Below, in pieces: positions 37,432 through 46,769 of a DNA stretch of 64,000 nt. Within the stretch, counting starts at the first letter, position 1. Each line of letters opens with the position of its first letter. Position numbers and translations under genes: made by a program. Under the pieces are notes generated by a model. The model was not told where the DNA came from. It did no database searches and saw only the letters and a program-made list of their open reading frames with translations. The DNA is from Dehalococcoidia bacterium (GTDB taxonomy: Bacteria > Chloroflexota > Dehalococcoidia > Bin125): positions 704,001-768,000 of the forward strand of contig OY820591.1 of assembly GCA_963555985.3 (NCBI GenBank), read 5' to 3'.

Positions 37432-38667
37432 TTACGGATTCTGACCTCCCTGGCCCTGCCGGATCGAGCGCATGAACTGGAGCCAGGCGGCGGCGTTCTC
37501 GGCGGTGTAGATCTTCGTGCCGATGTAGATCTGCGCGTTGCCGATCACGTCGAGCGGGACGCCCACGCCGAAGCGCTGACGCAGCGTCGCTTCGGCGTTG
37601 ATCAGGAACTCCATTGAGGCAAGCGAGTAGAAGGCCTGCAACGCGGGGTTCGTGTTGATCGCGAACAGCATGTCGCCGGCGACGATTGCATTGAGCACTT
37701 CGAGGGTCTGGTCGAACGTGGCCAGCACGACGTCTGCGCCGGCTTCGTCGATGGCGTCGATCGCCGCCAGCCCGATTTCGGTGTTCAGCGTGATCACCGC
37801 GCCGAACGACGATGCGTCTTCCGCTCGCAAGCGCTCGGCGATCTCCTCCGTCGTCGCGGCGAGATCGCCGACGCCGGTGACGTAGAGGCGTTCAACCTGA
37901 CCGTTGGCGTAGCCCTCCTCGATGCCTTCGCAGCGTTCCACGAGGCCGATGTTGCGCTCTTCGTGGAGCACGCAGAGGACATCGCCGCTGACATCGGACT
38001 CGTGCAGCAACTCGGCGACGCGCTGACCGGCGGCTACCTCGTCGATGCTCACGTGACGCAGCGAATTGACGCTCTCGTAATCCTGGAGTCCGGAGTTGAA
38101 CGAGGCGATCAGCACTCCGGCTTGGCTCGCCTCCAGCAGCGCGTCGCGCAACGCATCGGGGTCGCCGAGCGAGGAACCGATCACCGATGCGCCGTCGGCG
38201 ACGCACTCTCGGATCATCGCCGCCTGTTGGTCCGGCGTCGCGCCGTGTTTGACCATCACGTCGTAGCCGGGTTGGCGAGCGTCCCAGACATTCGCGCCGG
38301 TCTCGAACAGATCGACCCAGAAGGCTTCATCGCCCGGCCGTCCGTGAGTGACGAGGCAGAACAGTTCTGGCTCAGGAGCCGGTGCGGCTACCGAACGATC
38401 GGCGTCTGAGGCGGAAATGGCGACGCCGTTGCTCCAATACCAGCGCCCGGGCTCGGCGTCGGTGCGCAGGAACCGCGCGTTGGGCAACTGGGTCTCGCTC
38501 CAGCCGTCCTCCCCGCGTTGCTGCACGGCGACTTCGACTCGACCGTCGTCTAGCTGCCGCGCTCCGATCCGCACTTCCGCCTCGCCGCCGCTCAGCGCCA
38601 GTACGCCTCCTAGGGCGGCGGCCATTACGACGGCTCCAGCCACAAACGCAATCGCCGTTCTCAACAT
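37432..38667 (-). CDS. Sugar-type substrate-binding protein (Peripla_BP_4-like) with an extra N-terminal domain
   Basis: VTHG...D.FW, FNSG, HE..N.GL.ERC.G and ATFD core. N-terminal anchor followed by a VRIGARQLDDGRVEVAVQQ...LP.ARF...GRW.WS domain. Confidence 0.8.
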   Translation of the reverse strand: MLRTAIAFVAGAVVMAAALGGVLALSGGEAEVRIGARQLDDGRVEVAVQQRGEDGWSETQLPNARFLRTDAEPGRWYWSNGVAISASDADRSVAAPAPEPELFCLVTHGRPGDEAFWVDLFETGANVWDARQPGYDVMVKHGATPDQQAAMIRECVADGASVIGSSLGDPDALRDALLEASQAGVLIASFNSGLQDYESVNSLRHVSIDEVAAGQRVAELLHESDVSGDVLCVLHEERNIGLVERCEGIEEGYANGQVERLYVTGVGDLAATTEEIAERLRAEDASSFGAVITLNTEIGLAAIDAIDEAGADVVLATFDQTLEVLNAIVAGDMLFAINTNPALQAFYSLASMEFLINAEATLRQRFGVGVPLDVIGNAQIYIGTKIYTAENAAAWLQFMRSIRQGQGGQNP

Positions 38668-38768
38668 GGCACTCTCCCGTCATAAAATGAGTCCAAAGCT
38701 CACATTCTGTCCATGATAGACGAGGGCAAGTGAGATGATACGCACGCGACGCGCGTTACCGCCGTCGC

Positions 38769-40868
38769 TCAGGCTCGCTCGATGATGGTGACCTGACCGC
38801 TGGAGCCGTCCACCCGCAGCAGATCGCCCGAACGAATCTGTTGCGTCGCCTTCTGCACGTTGACCACCGCCGGGATGCCGAATTCGCGGGCGACGATCGC
38901 GCCGTGACTGAGGACGCCGCCGATTTCGGTGACGACGGCGGCGGCGAGCGGGAAGATCGGCGTCCAGCCGGGGTCGGTGAAGCGGGCGACGAGGATCTGG
39001 CCGGGTGTCAGCTCGCGCCCGGCGGCGGCAGAGTCGGCGACGTGAGCGCGGCCTTCGGCCTCGCCGTTGGATGCGGCGATGCCTCTCAGGGTGAGCGGCA
39101 AGCGGACTTCCTGCTCGGCTTCGGGCGCTGGCGCGCTGAGCGGCTGCTCAAGCTGCCTGTCGGCTGCGCTGACGATCGGATCGCCGAAGCGATCGCGCAA
39201 GGGCGGCGCCGGCGATTGCTTCCATTGCGCGAATTGCAGCTTGCGGCGGCGAATGCGGCTGCCCATTCGGGCGGCGACGAGCGGATCGGTGGAGCGGCGG
39301 GTGAGGGTGGCGAGCTCGTCGAAGAGCAGGTAGTAGACGTCGTCGGGATCGTCGATCAGGCCGCGCTCGATCCAGCGCCCGGCGAGTTCCCGCCACAGAC
39401 GGCGCTGTTGCAGCGAGAGTTCGAGCAGCGTGAATTTGGGGTTCTCGCGCAGCGGTTGCAAGCGTCGAGCCTGCGTGATCTGCGCCCGGAACAGCGGCCA
39501 ACGCAGCCATCCCAGCGGATGACGGTAGAGGCGCTCTTTGATCTCGCGCTCGGCCTCGCGCCGCGCCGTGTTCTGCCGTTCGATCATCTCGTCGGGGTTG
39601 TTGCCTTCAGGATTGAGCACATAGTCGCGGAAGGTGTCGAGGATCAGCTCGGGCCGTTCGACCCAGCGAGGTTCGGCGGCTTCGATCTCGCCGGCGGCGC
39701 GGTGGCCGTATTCGGCCATGAAGCTGTCGAGCTCGCTGCGCAGCCAATGCAGTTGCTGGGGGAGTCGGTCGCTCTGCAGGGCGGGCCAGAGCCCGGCGGC
39801 GTCTTGTTGGCGGACAAACTCCCGGGCGCTTTGGTCATAAGACGCCCGCTGCGCGATGCGGCGGAGCGCGATGTTGCCCTCCTGGGTGCGAACGCCCGGC
39901 AGTCCCTGCATGACCGAGAGCACTAGATTGTGACGGTTCGATCTCAGCCAGCGTTCGTTGGCCCAGAGCAGGCCCTGGGCGGCGCTGAAGACCGCCGACT
40001 GACAGCGCATCAAGAACAGCGTCTGTCGTTCGCTTTCCGCGCCCGAGCGCGAGAGTTCGCGGAAGATGTCGCGTTCGGACAGGGTGGAAGCGTCTAGCGC
40101 TTTGAGCCGGTCGCGTTCCGCTTCAGCCGATGCGCGTTCGAGCGGCCAGCGCTTCGGGAGTCGATCTTGGTCGCGCATCCAGCGAAGCATCATCGGAAGC
40201 TGGCGCAGCATCTTGGACCATTGGATCTTGGTAGATCGATCTCCATTGCGGTTGGGTTGCACTAACTCCGCCGCTTCCGGGCCGCCCACCGCTTCGAGGA
40301 AGTGCACTCCCGTCAGGCCCATCCGCTGCTGGATCAACTCCAGCATCAGGCCGATGTTGAAGTAGGCGTAGCCGTCGTAGAGCGCGACGAAGCGGCGTCC
40401 GTCGGTCCAGTCGCCCCAGGGCGCGTGGAAGCCGCGGTCGAGGGCGTCGGCGATCACGGACCAGCTGAGCGGGGTCATCACGTTGGGGATGACTTCGCCG
40501 GCGTTGGCGCGAGACCAGCGATCGAAGGAGTGCGGCGTGTGGGGCAGGCCGCGGCCCGGTCCGCCGCCCCAAGGCAGGGGCTCGTCGATCAGGCGGGCGT
40601 CGTAGCTATCGACGTTCTCGCCGTAGCTGCGCCAGCGCACGGCGACCGGTCCGCCGAGTTCGAGTTCGGACTCGAGCACGCGCTCGCGGAGCGCGCTGAG
40701 CAGTTGCGGATCGCCGCCCTGCGTGAGCCGGAGTGCGCCCCGCCGAGGGATGCTGAGCGAATGCGCGTGCGCGCCCTCGAAATCGATCCGCAGGGCGGAG
40801 AGCTGGTAGCCCCTGGGGTCTTCGGACCAGGCGATGCCGCCCTCGGTCTCGCGCGCTCGCTCAGTCAT
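38769..40868 (-). CDS. PEP-utilising (swivel His-domain) phosphotransferase-like protein lacking the ATP-grasp domain
   Basis: WSRANAGEVIPNVMTPLSW, YGHR..GE.E...PRW.E, and C-terminal TDPGWTP.F..AAAVVTEIGG.LSHGAIVAREFGIPAVV. Confidence 0.85.
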   Translation of the reverse strand: MTERARETEGGIAWSEDPRGYQLSALRIDFEGAHAHSLSIPRRGALRLTQGGDPQLLSALRERVLESELELGGPVAVRWRSYGENVDSYDARLIDEPLPWGGGPGRGLPHTPHSFDRWSRANAGEVIPNVMTPLSWSVIADALDRGFHAPWGDWTDGRRFVALYDGYAYFNIGLMLELIQQRMGLTGVHFLEAVGGPEAAELVQPNRNGDRSTKIQWSKMLRQLPMMLRWMRDQDRLPKRWPLERASAEAERDRLKALDASTLSERDIFRELSRSGAESERQTLFLMRCQSAVFSAAQGLLWANERWLRSNRHNLVLSVMQGLPGVRTQEGNIALRRIAQRASYDQSAREFVRQQDAAGLWPALQSDRLPQQLHWLRSELDSFMAEYGHRAAGEIEAAEPRWVERPELILDTFRDYVLNPEGNNPDEMIERQNTARREAEREIKERLYRHPLGWLRWPLFRAQITQARRLQPLRENPKFTLLELSLQQRRLWRELAGRWIERGLIDDPDDVYYLLFDELATLTRRSTDPLVAARMGSRIRRRKLQFAQWKQSPAPPLRDRFGDPIVSAADRQLEQPLSAPAPEAEQEVRLPLTLRGIAASNGEAEGRAHVADSAAAGRELTPGQILVARFTDPGWTPIFPLAAAVVTEIGGVLSHGAIVAREFGIPAVVNVQKATQQIRSGDLLRVDGSSGQVTIIERA

Positions 40869-41136
40869 GCAATCAGCCTATACAACGGCATGGCCAACTG
40901 CTGAGAATTTTGGCGTTCGTCAGCCCAGGCTCGAGCTGGAATCTCGCTTCCGTGTCGCCGGATCCGGTTCGCTCGCTTCCGCCGTTCGGGGGCTGACTGC
41001 GCTGCGACGGGAGAGTTGGGGACAACGACTGGTGTTTGAGTGTTTGATGGCTAGGGAACAAGTCTCTCTGCTCTGTTCGAGCTGCTGAGAGAAGTGCGGA
41101 AGTGCCGGTTTCTCCAGGAGATCGTGACTTTTGAGG

Positions 41137-41173
41137 TGGATAGAAGTGGATAGTTTTGGATGGTCTTGGATAG
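41137..41173 (+). repeat. Four TGGAT[AG]G direct repeats at 10-bp period in a lower-GC intergenic region
   Basis: tggatagaag tggatagttt tggatggtct tggatag. Confidence 0.6.
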
Positions 41174-41377
41174 TCGGTGATCATGGCGGCTTGTCCCTTT
41201 CTGCCTTCTAATGAAACTAAAGTTCTTTATTCATATCCGGTCGGAGCGTGATTGAGGAGGGAGAACAGAGACTGTCACCCGGGTCTCAGAGCGCGGTCGG
41301 CACCTGGCGGCGCCGTGATCTGCGATGATGACCGCTCCGATCGCCATCATGGGATTCCGAGTTTCGAGGAGGGGAAG

Positions 41378-42346
41378 ATGTCTGCCGCGAATCCCGCTAG
41401 CTCCCCACTGGGTAAGTTCCCGCCTGAGTTGCTATTCGCGGCTCTCGGCGGCGCTGCCGACGACCGCGTGATCCAGGGGCCCGGGCCTGGACTGGACGCG
41501 GCGATCATCGAATGGGACGGGCGCGGGCTGGCGGCGACGTCCGATCCGATTACGTTCGTGGACACCGACGCCGGGCGGCTCGCGGTCACGGTGAATGCGA
41601 ACGACATCTGGGCGGTTGGCGCGGAGCCGGAGTGGTTGCTGGCCACGATTCTCGCGCCGCCGGACGCGACTGCTGAGCAAGTCGCGGCGTTGCTCGCTGA
41701 GTTGCAACTGGCCTGCGACGAGGCTGCGATCGCGCTGGTTGGCGGTCACACGGAGGTGACCGATGCGGTCAGGCGAACGGTCGTCTCCTGCACGTTGTTG
41801 GGCAGCGCGCCGTTGGATCGGATCATTCGCTCGGACGGAGCGCACGACGGCGATCTGGTGATTCAGGCCGGGGCGGCGGCGGTGGAGGGGACCGCCATTC
41901 TTGGCCATCCCCGGCTGCTGGAGGATCCGGGCATCAGCATTGCCCGTGCGGCGCGAGCGCTGCGGGCCGTTGATGGCGTCCACGCCATGCATGACGTGAC
42001 CGAGGGCGGCGTTGCGACGGCGGCGCTCGAACTGGGGGAGGCGGCGGGGTTGGGGGTCGCGCTGAGCAAAGACGAGCTGCTCTGGCTGCCGGAGACGCTG
42101 GCGGTCTGTCGAGCGCGCGGCCTGGATCCGCTGGGACTGCTTGCTTCAGGCACGCTGCTGGCGGCAGTGTCGCCCGGTCAGGTCGAATCCGCGTTGTCTG
42201 CGTTGTCGGCTGCCGATGTCTCCGCCGCCGTGATCGGGCGCTTGACGGCGGGGACACCCGCTACACTCACTCACGGCGGCCAGACGCGACCGCTCCTCCG
42301 TTTCACGCGGGACGAGGCGCTTCGGGCATTGGCCGATGCCGACTGA
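41378..42346 (+). CDS. AIR synthase/PurM-like (HypE-related) family protein
   Basis: GK.PPELL, GPG.G.DAA, SDPITF, VNANDI, VGGHTEVT, MHDVTEGG, DPLGLLASGTLL. Confidence 0.85.
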   Translation: MSAANPASSPLGKFPPELLFAALGGAADDRVIQGPGPGLDAAIIEWDGRGLAATSDPITFVDTDAGRLAVTVNANDIWAVGAEPEWLLATILAPPDATAEQVAALLAELQLACDEAAIALVGGHTEVTDAVRRTVVSCTLLGSAPLDRIIRSDGAHDGDLVIQAGAAAVEGTAILGHPRLLEDPGISIARAARALRAVDGVHAMHDVTEGGVATAALELGEAAGLGVALSKDELLWLPETLAVCRARGLDPLGLLASGTLLAAVSPGQVESALSALSAADVSAAVIGRLTAGTPATLTHGGQTRPLLRFTRDEALRALADAD

Positions 42347-42400
42347 TGTGGCGCGGCCACACGCCTGAGACGAATTGGGCAGCAAGGGACAGGAGTCGTC

Positions 42401-43798
42401 GTGAGCGCAGCACCAGCCACCGTGGGACAGCTGAAAGACTCCGGCTACCAATCACGAACAGTCCGTGAAGAAATCCGCGCCAATCTGATCGCGCGCCTGG
42501 AGTCCGGTGAACCCCTCTTTCCCGAGATTCACGGCTACGAAGACACGGTCGTCCCAGCGCTCCAGAACGCGCTGCTCGCCGAACAGGACGTGATCTTCCT
42601 CGGCGAGCGCGGACAGGCCAAGAGCCGCATGATCCGCGCCATCACCAGCCTGCTCGACGACGAATTGCCGGTGCTGGACGGCGTTGAGATCTTCGAGGAC
42701 CCGCTCAGCCCGATCTCGCTCGAAGGCCGGCAACTGGTCGAAGAACAGGGGGACGACGCCCCAATCCGCTGGATCCCCCGCACCGACCGCTACGGCGAGA
42801 AGCTCGCCACCCCCGACATCACCATCGCCGACCTGATTGGCGAGGTCGATCCGATCAAGGTGGCCGAGGGACGCTATCTCTCCGATGAACTCACCATTCA
42901 CTTCGGCCTGATTCCGCGCACCAATCGCGGCATCTTCTGCATCAACGAGTTGCCCGACCTCGCCGAGCGCATCCAGGTCGGTCTGCTCAACATCATGGAA
43001 GAGCGCGACGTCCAGATTCGCGGTTTCCGCGTCCGCCTGCCGCTCGACGTGCTGATCGTCGCCTCCGCCAACCCCGAGGACTACACCAACCGCGGACGTA
43101 TCATCACCCCCCTCAAAGACCGCTACGGCGCTCAGATTCGCACCCACTACCCCAGTGAGCTCGAAACCGAACTTGAAATCGTGCATCAGGAAGCCGCAGT
43201 CACGGGCGCGCCCGGACGCAGCCTCCAGACTCCCAGCTACATGGCCGAAATCGTCGCCGAAATCGTCCGCCTCGCGCGCAAGAGTCCCGATGTCAGCCAG
43301 CGCTCAGGCGTCTCCGTGCGCGCATCTATCTCCGGCTTCGAGACGCTCACCGCAAACGCTATGCGGCGCTCAATCCTGGCCGGCGAGATGCAGGTCTCCC
43401 CTCGCATCTGCGACCTCTGGCACCTCGCGCCGGCGCTGCAAGGCAAGCTCGAACTCGAAACGATCGACGAAGGCGCGGACGAGCGCGTGATCGAGAAACT
43501 AATCGGCGGCGCAGTTGCCCAGGTCTTCGGACGCTACTTCAACGTCGCCGAGCTGGAGCCGGTGGTCGACCAGTTCCGCAGCGGGCTGGCGGTTGAGGTC
43601 GGCGAAAGCCTCGCCGCCGGCGACTACGCCGGCATCGTCCAGCGGATCGAGGGATTGCAGGAGGCGTTGCAGCCGCTTGAGGTAGGTGAGGACACCGCTT
43701 CGCTGGCATCCGCGATCGAGTTCCTGCTTGAAGGCCTGCACCTCAACAAGCGCCTGAACAAAGACGTCGTCGGCAGCCAGATCTTCTACCGCGGCTGA
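42401..43798 (+). CDS. Magnesium chelatase-like/MoxR-type AAA+ ATPase
   Basis: LGERGQAKSR Walker A, INELPDLAERIQ, ASANPEDYTNRGRIITPLKDR. Confidence 0.9.
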   Translation: MSAAPATVGQLKDSGYQSRTVREEIRANLIARLESGEPLFPEIHGYEDTVVPALQNALLAEQDVIFLGERGQAKSRMIRAITSLLDDELPVLDGVEIFEDPLSPISLEGRQLVEEQGDDAPIRWIPRTDRYGEKLATPDITIADLIGEVDPIKVAEGRYLSDELTIHFGLIPRTNRGIFCINELPDLAERIQVGLLNIMEERDVQIRGFRVRLPLDVLIVASANPEDYTNRGRIITPLKDRYGAQIRTHYPSELETELEIVHQEAAVTGAPGRSLQTPSYMAEIVAEIVRLARKSPDVSQRSGVSVRASISGFETLTANAMRRSILAGEMQVSPRICDLWHLAPALQGKLELETIDEGADERVIEKLIGGAVAQVFGRYFNVAELEPVVDQFRSGLAVEVGESLAAGDYAGIVQRIEGLQEALQPLEVGEDTASLASAIEFLLEGLHLNKRLNKDVVGSQIFYRG

Positions 43799-43834
43799 TC
43801 GCACGCCAGCACCCCGCTCGAACGGAGGGCGCTC

Positions 43835-45976
43835 ATGCCCACCCGCTTCCGCTATTCGCAATGGGATGGCAGCCAGGATGTCGAGATGCTCGACGCCGAT
43901 GACGTGCTGCAATCGCTCTCCGACGACCTGCTCAATTTCGGCGACCTGCAACAGGCGCTGCGGAACATGATGCAGCGCGGCATCCGCACGCCCGACGGCG
44001 ACCGCACCGACGGTCTGCGCGATCTCTTGCAGCGGCTGCGCCAGCAGCGCCGGCAAGCGCTGGAGCGGTTTGACCTCTCCTCCGTCTTCGACGACATCCA
44101 GCGCCAGCTGGACGAGATCCTCGATCTGGAACGCGACACCCTTGACGACCGCCTCGATGAAGTCGGCCCGCGCCCTCAACCGCCCACAGGCGCGCCGGAA
44201 CAGAGCGCACAGCCCGCGCCGACCGGCCAGCAGCAATCCGCCGAGCAGCAGGCCGGCCAACAACAGCAAGCCCAACCGCAAGCGCTCACCGACGACGAGA
44301 TGGAGCGGCTCAAGGAAGCCCTGCGTCAGCGCCTCGAGCGCAAGCAGGACCAACTCGAGCAGCTACCCGAAGACGCCCCCGGCCAGATTAAGGACCTCCA
44401 GGAGTACGAGTTCGAGAACGACGAGGCGCGCGAAAAGTACCAGGAACTCCTCGAACAACTGAAGCAGGCGATGATGAATCGCTTCTTCAACGACATGTCG
44501 CAGATGCTCCAGGGCATGTCCGACGCCGACATGGACGCAATGCGGCAGATGCTCCAGGACCTCAACGAGATGCTGGAGCGTCAGCGGCGGGGCGAGGATC
44601 CGCGCTTTGACGAGTTCATGGACAAGTACGGCGATATGTTCGGCGACGATCCGCCGCAGTCGCTGGAAGAGCTGGTTGAGCAGATGCAGCGGCAAGCGTC
44701 GCAGATGCAGAATCTGCTCGACTCATTGCCCGGCGAAATGCGCCAACAGCTCCAAGGCCTGATGGAACAGCGCATGGGCGAGATGGGAATGCAGAACGAG
44801 CTGATGCAGCTCGCCCAGAACCTCGAAGCGCTCTACCCCATGCGCGACATGCGCAACCAGTACCCGTTCCGCGGCACCGAAGAGCTCGATCTTCAGGCCG
44901 CCATGAACCTGATGGGCGATATGCAGCGGCTCGACGAGATGGAGCGAGCGCTGGAACAGGTGCAGTACGGCGGCGATATCAACAGCATCGATCCCGACGA
45001 GTTGGAGGAACTGCTGGGCGAGGAGTCACGCGAGATCCTCGAGCAACTCCAGCAACTACTCGAACTTCTGGAAGAAGCCGGCTACATCCAGAAGAGCGGC
45101 AACAGCTGGGAACTGACCCCGCGAGGCAACCGCCGCATCGGCGAAAAGGCGCTCGCCGAGATCTACGCCAACCTCAAGCAACAGACCTTCGGCAAGCACA
45201 ACATCCCCGAACAGGGCCGCTACGGCGATCGCGCCGACGATACGAAGGCGTACGAGTTCGGCGATCCGTTCCACCTGCACCTGAAGGAGACGATCTCGAA
45301 CGCGATCTTCCGCACCGCGCCCGAAGGCGGGCCGCAGGTCCCGGTCAATCTGCACCCTGACGACTTTGAGGTCTACCGCTCCGAAACACTCACCCAGACC
45401 GCCACCGTAGTCATGCTCGATCTGTCCTGGTCGATGGCGCTGCGCGGCTCGTTCCAGGCCGCCAAGAAGGTGGCGATGGCGCTCAACAACCTGATCCGGA
45501 TGCAATACCCGCGTGACTCGCTCTACCTCGTCGGATTCTCCGCCTACGCGCGCGAACTCAAGGCCGATCAACTGCCCTACGTGCGCTGGGACGAGACCGT
45601 GCTCGGCACCAACATGCACCACGCCCTGCTGATCGCCCAGCAGCTCCTGGGCAAGCACAAAGTCGGTACCCGCCAGATCATCATGATCACCGACGGCGAA
45701 CCGACCGCCCACCTCGAACACGGCCGCAGCTACTTCGCCTATCCGCCCAGCCCGGTCACGATCCGCGAAACGCTCAAGGAAGTGCGGCACTGCACGAAGA
45801 AAGACATCGTGATCAACATCTTCATGCTCGATCGCAGCTACTACCTCAAGGAATTCGTCGATCGGGTGGCGCGGATCAATCGGGGGCGGGTGTTCTACAG
45901 CACGCCGGACGTGCTGGGCGAATACCTGCTGCACGACTTCGTGACGCACCGGCGCAAGACACTGTCGCGCTCGTAG
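43835..45976 (+). CDS. VWA-domain protein partnering the AAA+ ATPase
   Basis: FRYSQWDG N-terminus, MIDAS DLSWSM, TNMHHAL, ITDGEPTAH. Confidence 0.9.
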   Translation: MPTRFRYSQWDGSQDVEMLDADDVLQSLSDDLLNFGDLQQALRNMMQRGIRTPDGDRTDGLRDLLQRLRQQRRQALERFDLSSVFDDIQRQLDEILDLERDTLDDRLDEVGPRPQPPTGAPEQSAQPAPTGQQQSAEQQAGQQQQAQPQALTDDEMERLKEALRQRLERKQDQLEQLPEDAPGQIKDLQEYEFENDEAREKYQELLEQLKQAMMNRFFNDMSQMLQGMSDADMDAMRQMLQDLNEMLERQRRGEDPRFDEFMDKYGDMFGDDPPQSLEELVEQMQRQASQMQNLLDSLPGEMRQQLQGLMEQRMGEMGMQNELMQLAQNLEALYPMRDMRNQYPFRGTEELDLQAAMNLMGDMQRLDEMERALEQVQYGGDINSIDPDELEELLGEESREILEQLQQLLELLEEAGYIQKSGNSWELTPRGNRRIGEKALAEIYANLKQQTFGKHNIPEQGRYGDRADDTKAYEFGDPFHLHLKETISNAIFRTAPEGGPQVPVNLHPDDFEVYRSETLTQTATVVMLDLSWSMALRGSFQAAKKVAMALNNLIRMQYPRDSLYLVGFSAYARELKADQLPYVRWDETVLGTNMHHALLIAQQLLGKHKVGTRQIIMITDGEPTAHLEHGRSYFAYPPSPVTIRETLKEVRHCTKKDIVINIFMLDRSYYLKEFVDRVARINRGRVFYSTPDVLGEYLLHDFVTHRRKTLSRS

Positions 45977-46011
45977 TCGGCAGGCAGAACGCGGGGCGGT
46001 TCGCGCGACGC

Positions 46012-46422
46012 CTAGGTTGGGGACAGCCCCAGGACCAGGTCGCGCAGGGTGACCAGACCGAGAGGCGCGCCTTCGTCGTCGATCACCAGCGCGCGGGATA
46101 CGCGAAACTGCACCAGCAGCCGCACCGCGTAGCGCGCAAGCATCCCCGAGCGCACAGTCAGCGCCGGCTTCGACATGATCTCGTAGACATTGACCCGCTC
46201 GGGCGCGCGATCGAGGGTGATCACCTCCCGCGCCAGGTCGCTGACCGTGACGAGCCCCAACTCGTCGTCGTCGTGCCGCCGGTTCACCACCAGCGAACTG
46301 ATCTGTAGCTGCTTCATCGCCGCCATCGCCTCGGCCGCCGTCGCCAGCCCGTCAACGGTGTGCAGCTTCGTGCCCATCAGGTCGGACACGCGGATCGGCG
46401 GCTGGTCGCTCTGATTGGTCAT
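46012..46422 (-). CDS. Stand-alone tandem CBS-domain protein
   Basis: RVSDLM, SSLVV...GLVT.SDL, VYEIMSKP, GLVTLRDLV. ATGA overlap with the PII gene. Confidence 0.88.
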   Translation of the reverse strand: MTNQSDQPPIRVSDLMGTKLHTVDGLATAAEAMAAMKQLQISSLVVNRRHDDDELGLVTVSDLAREVITLDRAPERVNVYEIMSKPALTVRSGMLARYAVRLLVQFRVSRALVIDDEGAPLGLVTLRDLVLGLSPT

Positions 46423-46769
46423 TGGGCTTCTTCCAACTCTTCCATCAGCTTGGGCAACTGGGTCGAGAGGCCAACCGCGTCCTCGATCGTGATCTGAAAG
46501 GCGACGCCGTCGCCATGCTCACGATCCATGCCGCCGGCCGCTGCAATGCGCTCGAGGATGTTCCGCGCCCGCGGCTCCGCCACCAGGAACAGCACCATGT
46601 TCCGCCGTGCCGTCAGATCCAGCCCCAGAAAGGTCTTCTCCGGCCGCAGTCCCTCGCCGCGCACGCCGCTGATGATCGTGTCGCCCGTTGCGCCGCCCGC
46701 CCGCGCCGCATCGATAACCTCGGTTGTCTTGTCGTCGCTGACCAGCGCGACGACCAGCGCCATCTTCAT
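46419..46769 (-). CDS. PII-like signalling protein
   Basis: MK..VA.V......VIDAAR.GGATG.TII..RGEG T-loop and G.GVAFQI.IEDAVG. This is the C-terminal part of track ORF 46419..47564. Confidence 0.85.
   Translation of the reverse strand: MKMALVVALVSDDKTTEVIDAARAGGATGDTIISGVRGEGLRPEKTFLGLDLTARRNMVLFLVAEPRARNILERIAAAGGMDREHGDGVAFQITIEDAVGLSTQLPKLMEELEEAQ

Noticed and set aside
38769-40868. Rifampin resistance gene (rph)
   Set aside because: It lacks the ATP-grasp domain, and many homologs do not act on rifamycins.
41137-41240. oriC (DnaA-box-like gtggatag repeats plus an AT-rich patch) or dif site
   Set aside because: The units differ from TGTGGATAA at 2 or more positions, no dnaA/dnaN/parAB is nearby, and there is no XerC/D-type dif match. 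Kept only as a low-level finding.
41378-45976. Hydrogenase maturation (HypE) and Mg/Co chelatase pathway
   Set aside because: The PurM-like protein lacks the C-terminal PRIC of HypE and has no hyp neighbours. The ATPase-VWA pair is the widespread chaperone-like type with no tetrapyrrole genes nearby.
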